45,427 nucleotides of DNA, from NCBI GenBank assembly GCA_041546665.1, contig JBFEVY010000001.1:1-45427 (forward strand). The letters are read 5' to 3'. Numbering within the stretch: position 1 is the first letter of the stretch; each line of letters starts with the position of its first letter. This document shows, piece by piece, positions 27,285 through 35,535 of this stretch. Below the pieces are notes generated by a model. That model was not told where the DNA came from and did no database searches. It worked only from the letters and a program-made list of their open reading frames with translations. The position numbers and the translations under genes are program-made. The stretch comes from Spongiibacteraceae bacterium. GTDB taxonomy: Bacteria > Pseudomonadota > Gammaproteobacteria > Pseudomonadales > Spongiibacteraceae.

Positions 27285-27423
27285 GATTGATGCGGCGAGG
27301 CTGCCCATAGCGGCGGCCCCGCCTGCACAACGACTCCAAGCTCCCTTCACGTACCACAAAACTTGTTATTTTCCCCGCCTCATAATATACCTGTCCGCAA
27401 TAACAGCGATACGGTACCGCAGC

Positions 27424-28014
27424 GTGACACTCCAGTTCTTCGAATACTACAACAAGGCTTCAGCCCTTGAAGCACCCCGATTTCGCTACTGTCCACTCTG
27501 CGCGACAGCACTGATCGATATCGTGTTGGAGCAACATACTCGCGGTCGTTGCCCGGCATGTGGCTATATCCAACACCTCAACCCGGCACCGGGGATCTGC
27601 GTACTGGTCGAAAACGAGGGCAAAGTGCTGATCGGCAAACGCGCAGCAAAGAGCGTTCGCGGCGGCATGTGGTGCCTACCGTGCGGTTATATTGATTACG
27701 AAGAAAACTATCTGCAAGCCGCCCACCGGGAAGTGTTTGAGGAAACTCACCTGAAGATCAAACTGACCTCGCTGATGGACGTGTTCTCCAGCCACATCTC
27801 GCCGGGCCACCACAGCCTCGTGCCCATCGTCACTGCAACCGTGATCGGCGGCTCACCACAGCCCGGCGACGACATCGTCGAGCTTCGTTGGCTCACCCCC
27901 AAATGCGAATTGCCGGAAATGGCCTTTCAATCGGACCCGATCACCATTGAGCGTTATTTCAGCGGCGATTTTCTGCCCCGCCCCATCGACCCGCGCTATG
28001 AAGTGATCGAGTAA
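27424..28014 (+). CDS. Zn-ribbon NUDIX hydrolase
   Basis: RYCPLC...CPACG, NP, Nudix box GYIDYEENYLQAAHREVFEETHL. Confidence 0.82.
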   Translation: MTLQFFEYYNKASALEAPRFRYCPLCATALIDIVLEQHTRGRCPACGYIQHLNPAPGICVLVENEGKVLIGKRAAKSVRGGMWCLPCGYIDYEENYLQAAHREVFEETHLKIKLTSLMDVFSSHISPGHHSLVPIVTATVIGGSPQPGDDIVELRWLTPKCELPEMAFQSDPITIERYFSGDFLPRPIDPRYEVIE

Positions 28015-28035
28015 ACGGCGCTCCAAATAGATCCC

Positions 28036-29622
28036 CTAAACCGGCTCGGCTTTGGTAACCGCTTTTTTGACTGGCGCTTTACGAGGCGCAGCCTTTTTGG
28101 GCGGCGCTTTCTTGGCCACAGCTTTTTTCGTTACCGACTTTTTCACCGGCGCCTTTTTAGTGGCAACCTTCTTGCTCACCGTCTTAGCCTTTTTCGCCAC
28201 AGGCTTTTGCTCAGTCGCAGCTTCTATCGAAAGTCCCTTGGTGGCCTCTTCCAGCTCGGCGAGGGCATCTTCAAGATAGTCCAGCAAACGCTGCACATGG
28301 GGCACCGTTTTACGGCAGGCGATAATGCCGAAATCAACGTTTTCACTACCACTAATGATCGTAATATTGATACCCGAGCCGTGTATAACCAAGGAAATAG
28401 GGTATACACCGCCCAGCTTTGCGCCCTGCCAGTAAAAGGTTCCCTTGGGGCCCGGCACATGGGAAATACAGAGATTAGCAACCGTGTTTTCCGGCTTCCT
28501 GCCGAACAGCATATTGAACGCGCCGGGTACCAGCGAAAGTGAAGCGTAGGCCTGGATCTGACCGGCGGAAAGGCCATTGAGCTGCGCTTTGTTATAGTCC
28601 ATCCCCCCTTTGATGATCCGCATACGCTCAACAGGATCGTCAATATCCGTTGCAAGACTGGTCAACGCAAAAGCAACTTCGTTCGCCGCACCCTCCACCT
28701 CGCTGTTCCCCTTGCCTCTAACAGAGATGGGAATACCCGCCAAAAGTGGATTATTCTTAGTAAATTCATTGCGCGCTTCGAGATATTTGCGCAACGCACC
28801 GGCTACCATTGCCAAAATAACATCATTATTGGTCGCCGAAAAAACTGTGGAAACATTCTTAATCCGCTCCCGCGAATACGACTGAGCGGCGATACGACGG
28901 GTGCCACTGATGGGCTGATTAAACACGCACTTGGGCGCCTTACCAGCCATTGCCACATTGGGGTTCTTCTTTTGAAAATCCTTAAAATTCTTACGCAGCT
29001 TGCGAATAACCGGCAGTACAGTCCGCCACTTTCCCGCGATGGAACCAATAGATAACAGGCTGGAAGCCACAGGAAAAGGCACGACCGGAACCTTGGTCTC
29101 CCCTTTGTCACGGCGGTCAATTTCCCAAAGCGGGGGCAAAGATTTCGACGCCTCGGCGTCGGTCGCCATTGACCGAACAAGCAACTCCATACAACCCATT
29201 CCGTCTGCCATGGAGTGGTGGATCTTGAGGTAAACCGCAACCCGGCCATCTTCAATACCTTCTATGAGATAGAAGCGCCAAAGCGGGTAGGCACGATCTA
29301 GGTGCCCGCAATGCAAGCGCGAAATCATCTCAAACAATTCACGTATGCGACCTGGCTTGGGAAGCGCCAGGTGGACAAAGTGATGGGCTAGATCGAAGTC
29401 GTCATCTTCCTGCCAATAATGCAGACCGCGCTTCTCTACAAGGCGCTGGTTAAACAACCCCTCCGCCGTCTCGCCTGAGCGCAACTTCTGAGCCAACTCA
29501 GCGGCAAAATTTTCCTCCTCGCCCTCCGGCGGCTCGAACAACATCAATACGCCAATATGCAGTGGCTGATTGCGACTTTCCAACCGGAGAAAAGCATCGT
29601 CAATAAGGTGCAGTTTTTTCAT
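28036..29622 (-). CDS. wax ester synthase / diacylglycerol acyltransferase (WS/DGAT) with Lys/Ala-rich tail
   Basis: DDAFLRLESRNQPLHIG, LDRAYPLW, catalytic HHSMADG, ISHVPGP. Confidence 0.93.
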   Translation of the reverse strand: MKKLHLIDDAFLRLESRNQPLHIGVLMLFEPPEGEEENFAAELAQKLRSGETAEGLFNQRLVEKRGLHYWQEDDDFDLAHHFVHLALPKPGRIRELFEMISRLHCGHLDRAYPLWRFYLIEGIEDGRVAVYLKIHHSMADGMGCMELLVRSMATDAEASKSLPPLWEIDRRDKGETKVPVVPFPVASSLLSIGSIAGKWRTVLPVIRKLRKNFKDFQKKNPNVAMAGKAPKCVFNQPISGTRRIAAQSYSRERIKNVSTVFSATNNDVILAMVAGALRKYLEARNEFTKNNPLLAGIPISVRGKGNSEVEGAANEVAFALTSLATDIDDPVERMRIIKGGMDYNKAQLNGLSAGQIQAYASLSLVPGAFNMLFGRKPENTVANLCISHVPGPKGTFYWQGAKLGGVYPISLVIHGSGINITIISGSENVDFGIIACRKTVPHVQRLLDYLEDALAELEEATKGLSIEAATEQKPVAKKAKTVSKKVATKKAPVKKSVTKKAVAKKAPPKKAAPRKAPVKKAVTKAEPV

Positions 29623-29749
29623 TTGTAACCCTTTTATTATTTTGATTAGCAGTGCGGCAGTACTGCCATTAAGTGTAGCCTAATATCCGCCCGCAATACT
29701 CGTCAAAAATTATTACGCCCCATTTGAGGTAACGGCGTATTTTCTTCCA

Positions 29750-30844
29750 TTAACATCGCCCCGGGTTCGCCGGCAACGCACTCATTTCCGACTTTCGAAT
29801 TGCCCTGTAGGCCGGCAATATCGGCTCAAGCTCATCGGGCGTCGCCCCGTGCAAAATAACACTGTCGACCCCAAGATCCAGTTGGTGCTGAATAGCTGCC
29901 GCGCAGTTTTCGGGACTGCCAACCGCTGCGGCATTCATCCACTCCTCAGGGATAATGCCGGCCAGATATTCCAGTTCAGATTGCGTCGCTACCGCATCAA
30001 AGGCACCTTTAAAATTCTGTACAAATTCATCCTTGCGAAAGCGCTCCAGAACAGCCGGGTCCCAATCGTTTACTTTGACCAGTAAATCGCCATACCCCTG
30101 TAGATAGGACGCCAACCGGCCCACCGTTTTCTTCAGACGCACATCCTCAGGAATATGATCTCCCACCGTTGCCAATATCGACCAAATCCGCACGCGGGCG
30201 GGGTCGCGTCCGGCCTGCTCAGCACCGCGGCGCACCGCGGCAACCGCAGCTTCAACTGCGGGGTCATCAAAGAAGGTGTGCAGGTAGACCGCATCCATAC
30301 AGCGGCCCGCCAGTTCCAGCGTCTTCTCCCCCATCGCCACCATGGACACAGGAATATCTTCGTCAAACTCACCAAATAGCTGCAGGTAGGGAAATTTACC
30401 CAAGCTGTTATCACAGGAGACTGCTTCACCGCGCCACAAACGCCGAAAAAGGTCTGCAGCTTCCTGTAGTTGCTTGCTGGTGATGGGCTTGAGGCCAATC
30501 GCCTGAAACAAGGCATCGAAGCCTCGCCCCAGTCCGAGTGAAAAGCGCCCTTCGCTCAACTTGTGCATGGTCATCCCGAATGTCGCGGTCACCATGGGAT
30601 GGCGGGTGTTGTGGTTAGTCGCGGCCGTAGCGATACCCAGACGACTACTCACCGCCGCCGCCGCGCCACATAAGGTTGTTGCATCTTTGTAATTGAAGCG
30701 CTCCGATATCAGGCCACAGCCCAAGCCCAACGCCTCCGCCTTGACAACCTGTTCGACGACATCCCTTGGACTGGAGGAGTGCCCCGCCAGCATATAAAAG
30801 CCCAGCTCACCGAGCTGATCTATGGATGATTCATTGGATTGCAT
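29750..30844 (-). CDS. LLM-class oxidoreductase, putative F420-dependent (MSMEG_2249/TIGR03857-like)
   Basis: ELGFYMLAG, ISERFNYKDA, ATAATNHNTRHPMVTA, GRFSLGLGRG, LHTFF, VILHGATP. Confidence 0.8.
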   Translation of the reverse strand: MQSNESSIDQLGELGFYMLAGHSSSPRDVVEQVVKAEALGLGCGLISERFNYKDATTLCGAAAAVSSRLGIATAATNHNTRHPMVTATFGMTMHKLSEGRFSLGLGRGFDALFQAIGLKPITSKQLQEAADLFRRLWRGEAVSCDNSLGKFPYLQLFGEFDEDIPVSMVAMGEKTLELAGRCMDAVYLHTFFDDPAVEAAVAAVRRGAEQAGRDPARVRIWSILATVGDHIPEDVRLKKTVGRLASYLQGYGDLLVKVNDWDPAVLERFRKDEFVQNFKGAFDAVATQSELEYLAGIIPEEWMNAAAVGSPENCAAAIQHQLDLGVDSVILHGATPDELEPILPAYRAIRKSEMSALPANPGRC

Positions 30845-30915
30845 ATCCCGCCCTTCTATTATTAGTCTTATTCACCAGTGTTCACGTCGGCGACCCTATC
30901 TGGAGCCAATACAAT

Positions 30916-30934
30916 AATTAACACTTAATCAATT
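30916..30934. promoter_or_regulatory. island-wide operator copy
   Basis: AATTAAC-ACTTA-ATCAATT. Confidence 0.62.
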
Positions 30935-31135
30935 TTATATCATTTCTGGGGCATTGGCACAATCCATCAACACACCGAAATCCAGTGCCGATCACAAGCA
31001 CGCTATTCCGGATTAATTTCGGTACAACACCGAAAATATCTGGCATAGCGACAATATCCACCACCTTTTCATTCGCACCCACGACATATCACTCTGTTGC
31101 AATTTCACAAACTTCTTGCGATCATCACCCATAAC

Positions 31136-31154
31136 AATAAACTAACAGATTATT
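31136..31154. promoter_or_regulatory. island-wide operator, degenerate copy
   Basis: AATAAAC-TAACA-GATTATT. Confidence 0.45.
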
Positions 31155-31274
31155 ATTTAATTACAGTTTTTGGCACAGTATTCAACCCACTGAACAGCCC
31201 AACCAAAGCAAACATAGGCTGGCATCAGGGTGATGATATTGGTCATCAGGAACAATAAACAGCAGGACCAAATA

Positions 31275-32819
31275 ATGTACCCAGGCATTCTTGCGCAAAC
31301 CCAGCCCGACAAGCCGGCGGTGATCCAGCCTTCGACGGGCGAAATTCTGAGCTATCGTGAGCTCAACGAGCGCTCCAATCGGCTCGCCCACCTGCTGTTC
31401 GACAGAGGCCTCCGCCCCGGCGACCACGTGGCCCTGTTTCTGGAAAACCACTTGGTCTATTTTGAAACAGTATGGGCCTGCCTTCGTTCCGGCCTGTATT
31501 TCACCCCAATAAACCGCCACCTGTCGGCCAGCGAGGCGGCTTATATTGTCGACAACTGTGACGCCAAAGTCCTGATCGCGTCAAATAATCTCGAGCAGTC
31601 CGCAGCCCTGGGCGAGCTCTCTCCCCGCTGCACCGTCAAGCTCTCCGTCGGCGGGACCGCAGAGGGCTTTGAAGATTATGCCGCGGCGGTCGCCGACAAA
31701 CCCTGTGACAATATCGCTGAGGAGCGACTGGGCACGATGATGCTTTACTCCTCGGGCACCACCGGAAAACCCAAGGGCATTCTGAAGCCGCTGCTCGACC
31801 AATCTCCCGAAAATGGCAGCCCGTCGGTACAGTTTCTCGCCGATATGTTTGCCTTCGATACCGCTACCGTCTACCTCTCCACCGCACCGCTCTACCACGG
31901 CGCACCCATTGGCTACAGCAACGCCGCCATTCAATCCGGTGGCACCGTCATCATGATGGAGAAATTTAACGAAGAACTCGCCCTGCAGTTGATCGAGCAG
32001 TATCGGGTCACACACAGTCAGTGGGTACCGGCGATGTTTATCCGTCTGTTAAAGCTTCCCGAAGAGGTGCGTACGCGATACGACCTTTCGAGTATGCGCT
32101 GCGCATTCCACGCCGCAGCGCCCTGCCCGGTGGATGTGAAAGGCAAAATGATCGAATGGTGGGGCCCGGTCATCGAGGAATACTATTCGTCTACCGAAGC
32201 AGCGGGCATGGCCTATATCAGCAGCGAAGAGTGGCTCAAACATCCCGGCTCAGTGGGCCGTGCGCGCGGCAAGCCATTTCATATTTGCGACGAGGACGGC
32301 AACGAACAAGCCGCCGGCAAGTCGGGCCTGATCTACGGCGAGGTACCCACCGGACCAAGTTTTGTCTACCACAAAGACCCCGACAAAACCCGTTCTGCCA
32401 TCCACCCCAAAAACCCCGACTGGGTCACCGTGGGCGATATCGGCTATCTCGATGAAGAGGGTTATCTTTACCTGACTGACCGCAAGTCCTTTATGATCAT
32501 TTCCGGCGGCGTCAATATTTACCCTCAGCAGATCGAAGACGCCCTGGCCCTCTACCCGAAGCTGGACGATGTCGCAGTTATCGGCGTACCCAATGAAGAC
32601 CTCGGCGAAGAGGTTAAGGCGGTTATACAACTTGCACCAGGCATTGAAGCCTCGGAGCAACTCGCCGATGAAATCAAAGACTTTGTACGCGAAAAACTTG
32701 GCAAGCAATTGGTGCCGAGATCCATTGATTTTGTCGACGAGCTGCCCCGCGTTCCGACGGGAAAACTGAACAAAAAAGAACTGCGCGATAAATATTGGGC
32801 CAACACAAAGGCCTCGTAA
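31275..32819 (+). CDS. acyl-CoA synthetase (AMP-forming)
   Basis: YSSGTTGKPKG, APLYHGAP, HAAAPCP, YYSSTE, TVGDIG, ISGGVNIYP, PTGKL; AGGA RBS before ATG 31275. Confidence 0.94.
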   Translation: MYPGILAQTQPDKPAVIQPSTGEILSYRELNERSNRLAHLLFDRGLRPGDHVALFLENHLVYFETVWACLRSGLYFTPINRHLSASEAAYIVDNCDAKVLIASNNLEQSAALGELSPRCTVKLSVGGTAEGFEDYAAAVADKPCDNIAEERLGTMMLYSSGTTGKPKGILKPLLDQSPENGSPSVQFLADMFAFDTATVYLSTAPLYHGAPIGYSNAAIQSGGTVIMMEKFNEELALQLIEQYRVTHSQWVPAMFIRLLKLPEEVRTRYDLSSMRCAFHAAAPCPVDVKGKMIEWWGPVIEEYYSSTEAAGMAYISSEEWLKHPGSVGRARGKPFHICDEDGNEQAAGKSGLIYGEVPTGPSFVYHKDPDKTRSAIHPKNPDWVTVGDIGYLDEEGYLYLTDRKSFMIISGGVNIYPQQIEDALALYPKLDDVAVIGVPNEDLGEEVKAVIQLAPGIEASEQLADEIKDFVREKLGKQLVPRSIDFVDELPRVPTGKLNKKELRDKYWANTKAS

Positions 32820-32869
32820 AGAGGCCACACAACGCCAACCGCCAGCTTCGAACACACCGAGAAAAACCT

Positions 32870-33727
32870 ATGCCATTTACCTATGACGAAATCATGGCCT
32901 GCCGCGCTGAGGATGTGCATTTCAGCTATTCCGACAAGGAGATGCTGCTGTACAACCTCAGTATCGGTATGGGCCGCGACCCCGCCAACGAGCGGGAACT
33001 CCCTTTTGTCTATGAAAACCCCGCGCTGCAAATCGTGCCCACAGCCCCCGCCATACTCGGTGGCGGCGGCGCAATGATACTGCGCAATATCGACATCAAT
33101 TGGCCGCGCAATCTCCACGGCGAGCAACGCCTGAAAATTCATCGAGCACTGCCCGCCGCTGCCGACCTTATTGGAAATACACGCATTTCAGAGGTAGTGG
33201 ACAAAGGCCCTGATAAAGGCGCGCTCATCACTATGGAAATGGACGTGCGCCTGAGCACGGGTGAACCTCTCTATACGATGGAGAATATTATGTTCGCCCG
33301 GGGCAATGGCGGCTGTGGCGGGCCAACAAAATCTGAGGCAATACCCCACACGCTTCCCGACCGGCAGCCAGACCTCATCCACATTTCTGAAACCCGATCC
33401 GACCAAGCCCTACTCTACCGCCTGCTCGGCGACCGAAATCCTTTACACGCCGACCCCAAAGTCGCGCAAAAAGCCGGCTTTCCAAAACCGATTCTGCACG
33501 GCTTATGCAGTTACGGCATTGCCGGTAGAGCAGTTTTAGTAAGCGTTTGCGACTACGATCCAACACGCATGAAAAGCTTTGACGTGCGCTTCACCTCGCC
33601 AGCCTACCCAGGCGAAACCATTCACACTGACATCTGGATCGACGGCAATATCGTGTCTTTCCGCTGCCGCGCCGAACACCGCGAGACCATATTGATCAAT
33701 AACGGTCGTTGCGAAATTACTGATTAA
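32870..33727 (+). CDS. MaoC-type (R)-specific enoyl-CoA hydratase 2, double hot-dog
   Basis: LHGEQ, hydratase-2 motif YRLLGDRNPLHADP, GFPKPILHGLC, FTSPAYPGE. Confidence 0.92.
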   Translation: MPFTYDEIMACRAEDVHFSYSDKEMLLYNLSIGMGRDPANERELPFVYENPALQIVPTAPAILGGGGAMILRNIDINWPRNLHGEQRLKIHRALPAAADLIGNTRISEVVDKGPDKGALITMEMDVRLSTGEPLYTMENIMFARGNGGCGGPTKSEAIPHTLPDRQPDLIHISETRSDQALLYRLLGDRNPLHADPKVAQKAGFPKPILHGLCSYGIAGRAVLVSVCDYDPTRMKSFDVRFTSPAYPGETIHTDIWIDGNIVSFRCRAEHRETILINNGRCEITD

Positions 33728-33744
33728 AAATACGGAGTTAAACC

Positions 33745-34683
33745 ATGTCGTCCAATACCGATTCCTCACCCGTTGTTATTGTTACCGGCGCTGGCCGCGG
33801 CCTGGGCCGCGAACACGCCCTGGCATTGGCTCGCGCCGGCTACGATATTGTCGTGAACGACCTAGGCGGCGCAGGCGATGGCAGCGGTGCTGACAGCTCC
33901 CCCGCCGCACAGGTGGTGGCCGAAATTAAGAGTATTGGTCAACAAGCAATAGCCGACGGCAGCGACGTCTCAAACTGGAAGGCCGCCGGTGAACTGATTC
34001 AGAAAGCGGTCGATAACTTTGGCCGCCTGGACGGTCTGGTAAACAATGCCGGTATCCTGCGGGACCGCACCTTAGCCAACCTCACGGAAGAAGATTGGGA
34101 CCTGTCGATTGCCGTTAATTTGAAAGGCACCGCCGCGCCCATGCACCACGCCGCGGCGTATTGGCGCGACCTCAGCAAATCCACCGGCCAACCGGTTAAC
34201 GCGGCGATAGTGAACACCTCCTCCGCCTCGGGGCTTTACTCGGCCATCGGCCAGGCTAACTATGCCGCCGCTAAAGCCGGTGTCGCCTCAATGAGTATCG
34301 TCGCGGCGCGCGAACTGGAGCGCTACGGCGTGCGGGTAAATGCGATCGCCCCTGTCGCCTCAACACGGTTAACAGAAACCGTGATGGGTGAGGAGATGAA
34401 AGCAAAACTGCATCCAGCCCTGGTTTCACCCCTGGTCGTTTATCTGCTGGGCGACGACGCCAGCAATATCACCGGGCGGGTATTTGAAATGGGCGGCGGC
34501 GCCGTGGTCGCGGTCAACACCCCCCATCCCCAAGCCGGCATGAGAGCCAGTGATGGAGTGTGGACCAGCGAGCGCCTGGCGCAAGTAGTACCTGAACTGC
34601 TCAAGCAAGTGCCCGACGCTAGCGACCCACGTTCAGCGATGCAGTTTATGATGAGCACACCTCAGGATCAGGAGAAACGTTAA
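33745..34683 (+). CDS. SDR, MFE-2-like (3R)-hydroxyacyl-CoA dehydrogenase
   Basis: TGAGRGLG, VVNDLGG, NNAGILRD, SSASG, GQANYAAAKAG; GGAG RBS. Confidence 0.9.
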   Translation: MSSNTDSSPVVIVTGAGRGLGREHALALARAGYDIVVNDLGGAGDGSGADSSPAAQVVAEIKSIGQQAIADGSDVSNWKAAGELIQKAVDNFGRLDGLVNNAGILRDRTLANLTEEDWDLSIAVNLKGTAAPMHHAAAYWRDLSKSTGQPVNAAIVNTSSASGLYSAIGQANYAAAKAGVASMSIVAARELERYGVRVNAIAPVASTRLTETVMGEEMKAKLHPALVSPLVVYLLGDDASNITGRVFEMGGGAVVAVNTPHPQAGMRASDGVWTSERLAQVVPELLKQVPDASDPRSAMQFMMSTPQDQEKR

Positions 34684-34733
34684 AACCGCACACCAATGGA
34701 AGCATCGAACAACAATAACTAGGAGCAACAACG

Positions 34734-35447
34734 ATGACCATGCGACGCCAATACGAAAACCGGGCGCTGTACCTCCATGAGACCTGCAAACTGGGGATCG
34801 GCGACCTGGATACTTACAACAAGGCTTTTACTGAATTGTACAAGCCGGCAATGGAAGCTCTGGACGCGCGCCTTTTCAGCCACTGGAAAGGCAGCCCATT
34901 CAATTCAGACTGGCCAGAGATCACCACGATCTGGGAAATCAACGACTACGCCCATTTCGGCAAGATCGGCGCCGCCCGTGCCGGTAGCGGAGAGCAGTCC
35001 GAAACACTCGCAGAGTGGGACAGGGCCTTGGCGAAATTGCACGCCCAGGGTGAAGGTCGCCTGTGTTACGCCAACAGCGACATAAAATCCCTGGCAGAAC
35101 TCAAAGCGGAAAAATTCGACGCATCAATGGTGATCCAGGAAATCATGCAAACCAAGCCCGGCCGACAGGAGGACTATATCGAGCAATTGCGCTACGCCTA
35201 TGTCCCCTGGTCTGAGCGCACCGGCAAAAAATGGCTGGGCTCTTTTGTTACTATCTTCGCCAATGAAGAGGTGATTCACTACTGGGCACTCGAAGGGGGC
35301 TGGGACGGCTTCGGCAAGTGGTACCCCAGCTGGAAGGGAGACATCCCCGACGATATCAAAAGCTGGATGAAATTGGCCCCCGCCCTTAGGGATAGCTGGG
35401 ACGATTCCTTCCTCTCCGCGCTGCCCCATCACCCACTTGTAGGTTAA
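34734..35447 (+). CDS. tandem NIPSNAP-like dimeric alpha/beta barrel protein
   Basis: Two similar halves (LHET...EITTIWEI and IQEI...EVIHYWAL); AGGAG RBS. Confidence 0.65.
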   Translation: MTMRRQYENRALYLHETCKLGIGDLDTYNKAFTELYKPAMEALDARLFSHWKGSPFNSDWPEITTIWEINDYAHFGKIGAARAGSGEQSETLAEWDRALAKLHAQGEGRLCYANSDIKSLAELKAEKFDASMVIQEIMQTKPGRQEDYIEQLRYAYVPWSERTGKKWLGSFVTIFANEEVIHYWALEGGWDGFGKWYPSWKGDIPDDIKSWMKLAPALRDSWDDSFLSALPHHPLVG

Positions 35448-35469
35448 AACCTAAGGGGAAGAATGCGAC

Positions 35470-35498
35470 AAAAAAGCGGAGCAATGCTCCGCTTTTTT
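35470..35498. terminator. bidirectional rho-independent terminator
   Basis: AAAAAAGCGGAGC-AAT-GCTCCGCTTTTTT between convergent genes. Confidence 0.9.
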
Positions 35499-35535
35499 AG
35501 TCTTGAATATCAGCCAGACAATAGAAACAAAGTCC

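Noticed and set aside
28039-28206. Repetitive DNA resembling a tandem repeat or CRISPR array
   Set aside because: Degenerate coding repeats of the KKAP tail; no constant repeat-spacer structure and no cas genes.
29656-29667. 12-bp palindrome GGCAGTACTGCC upstream of WS/DGAT
   Set aside because: Single short occurrence with no supporting context.
31171-31186. Sigma54-like TGGCAC elements (also near 1274, 25883, 30955)
   Set aside because: No GC dinucleotide at the required -12 spacing.
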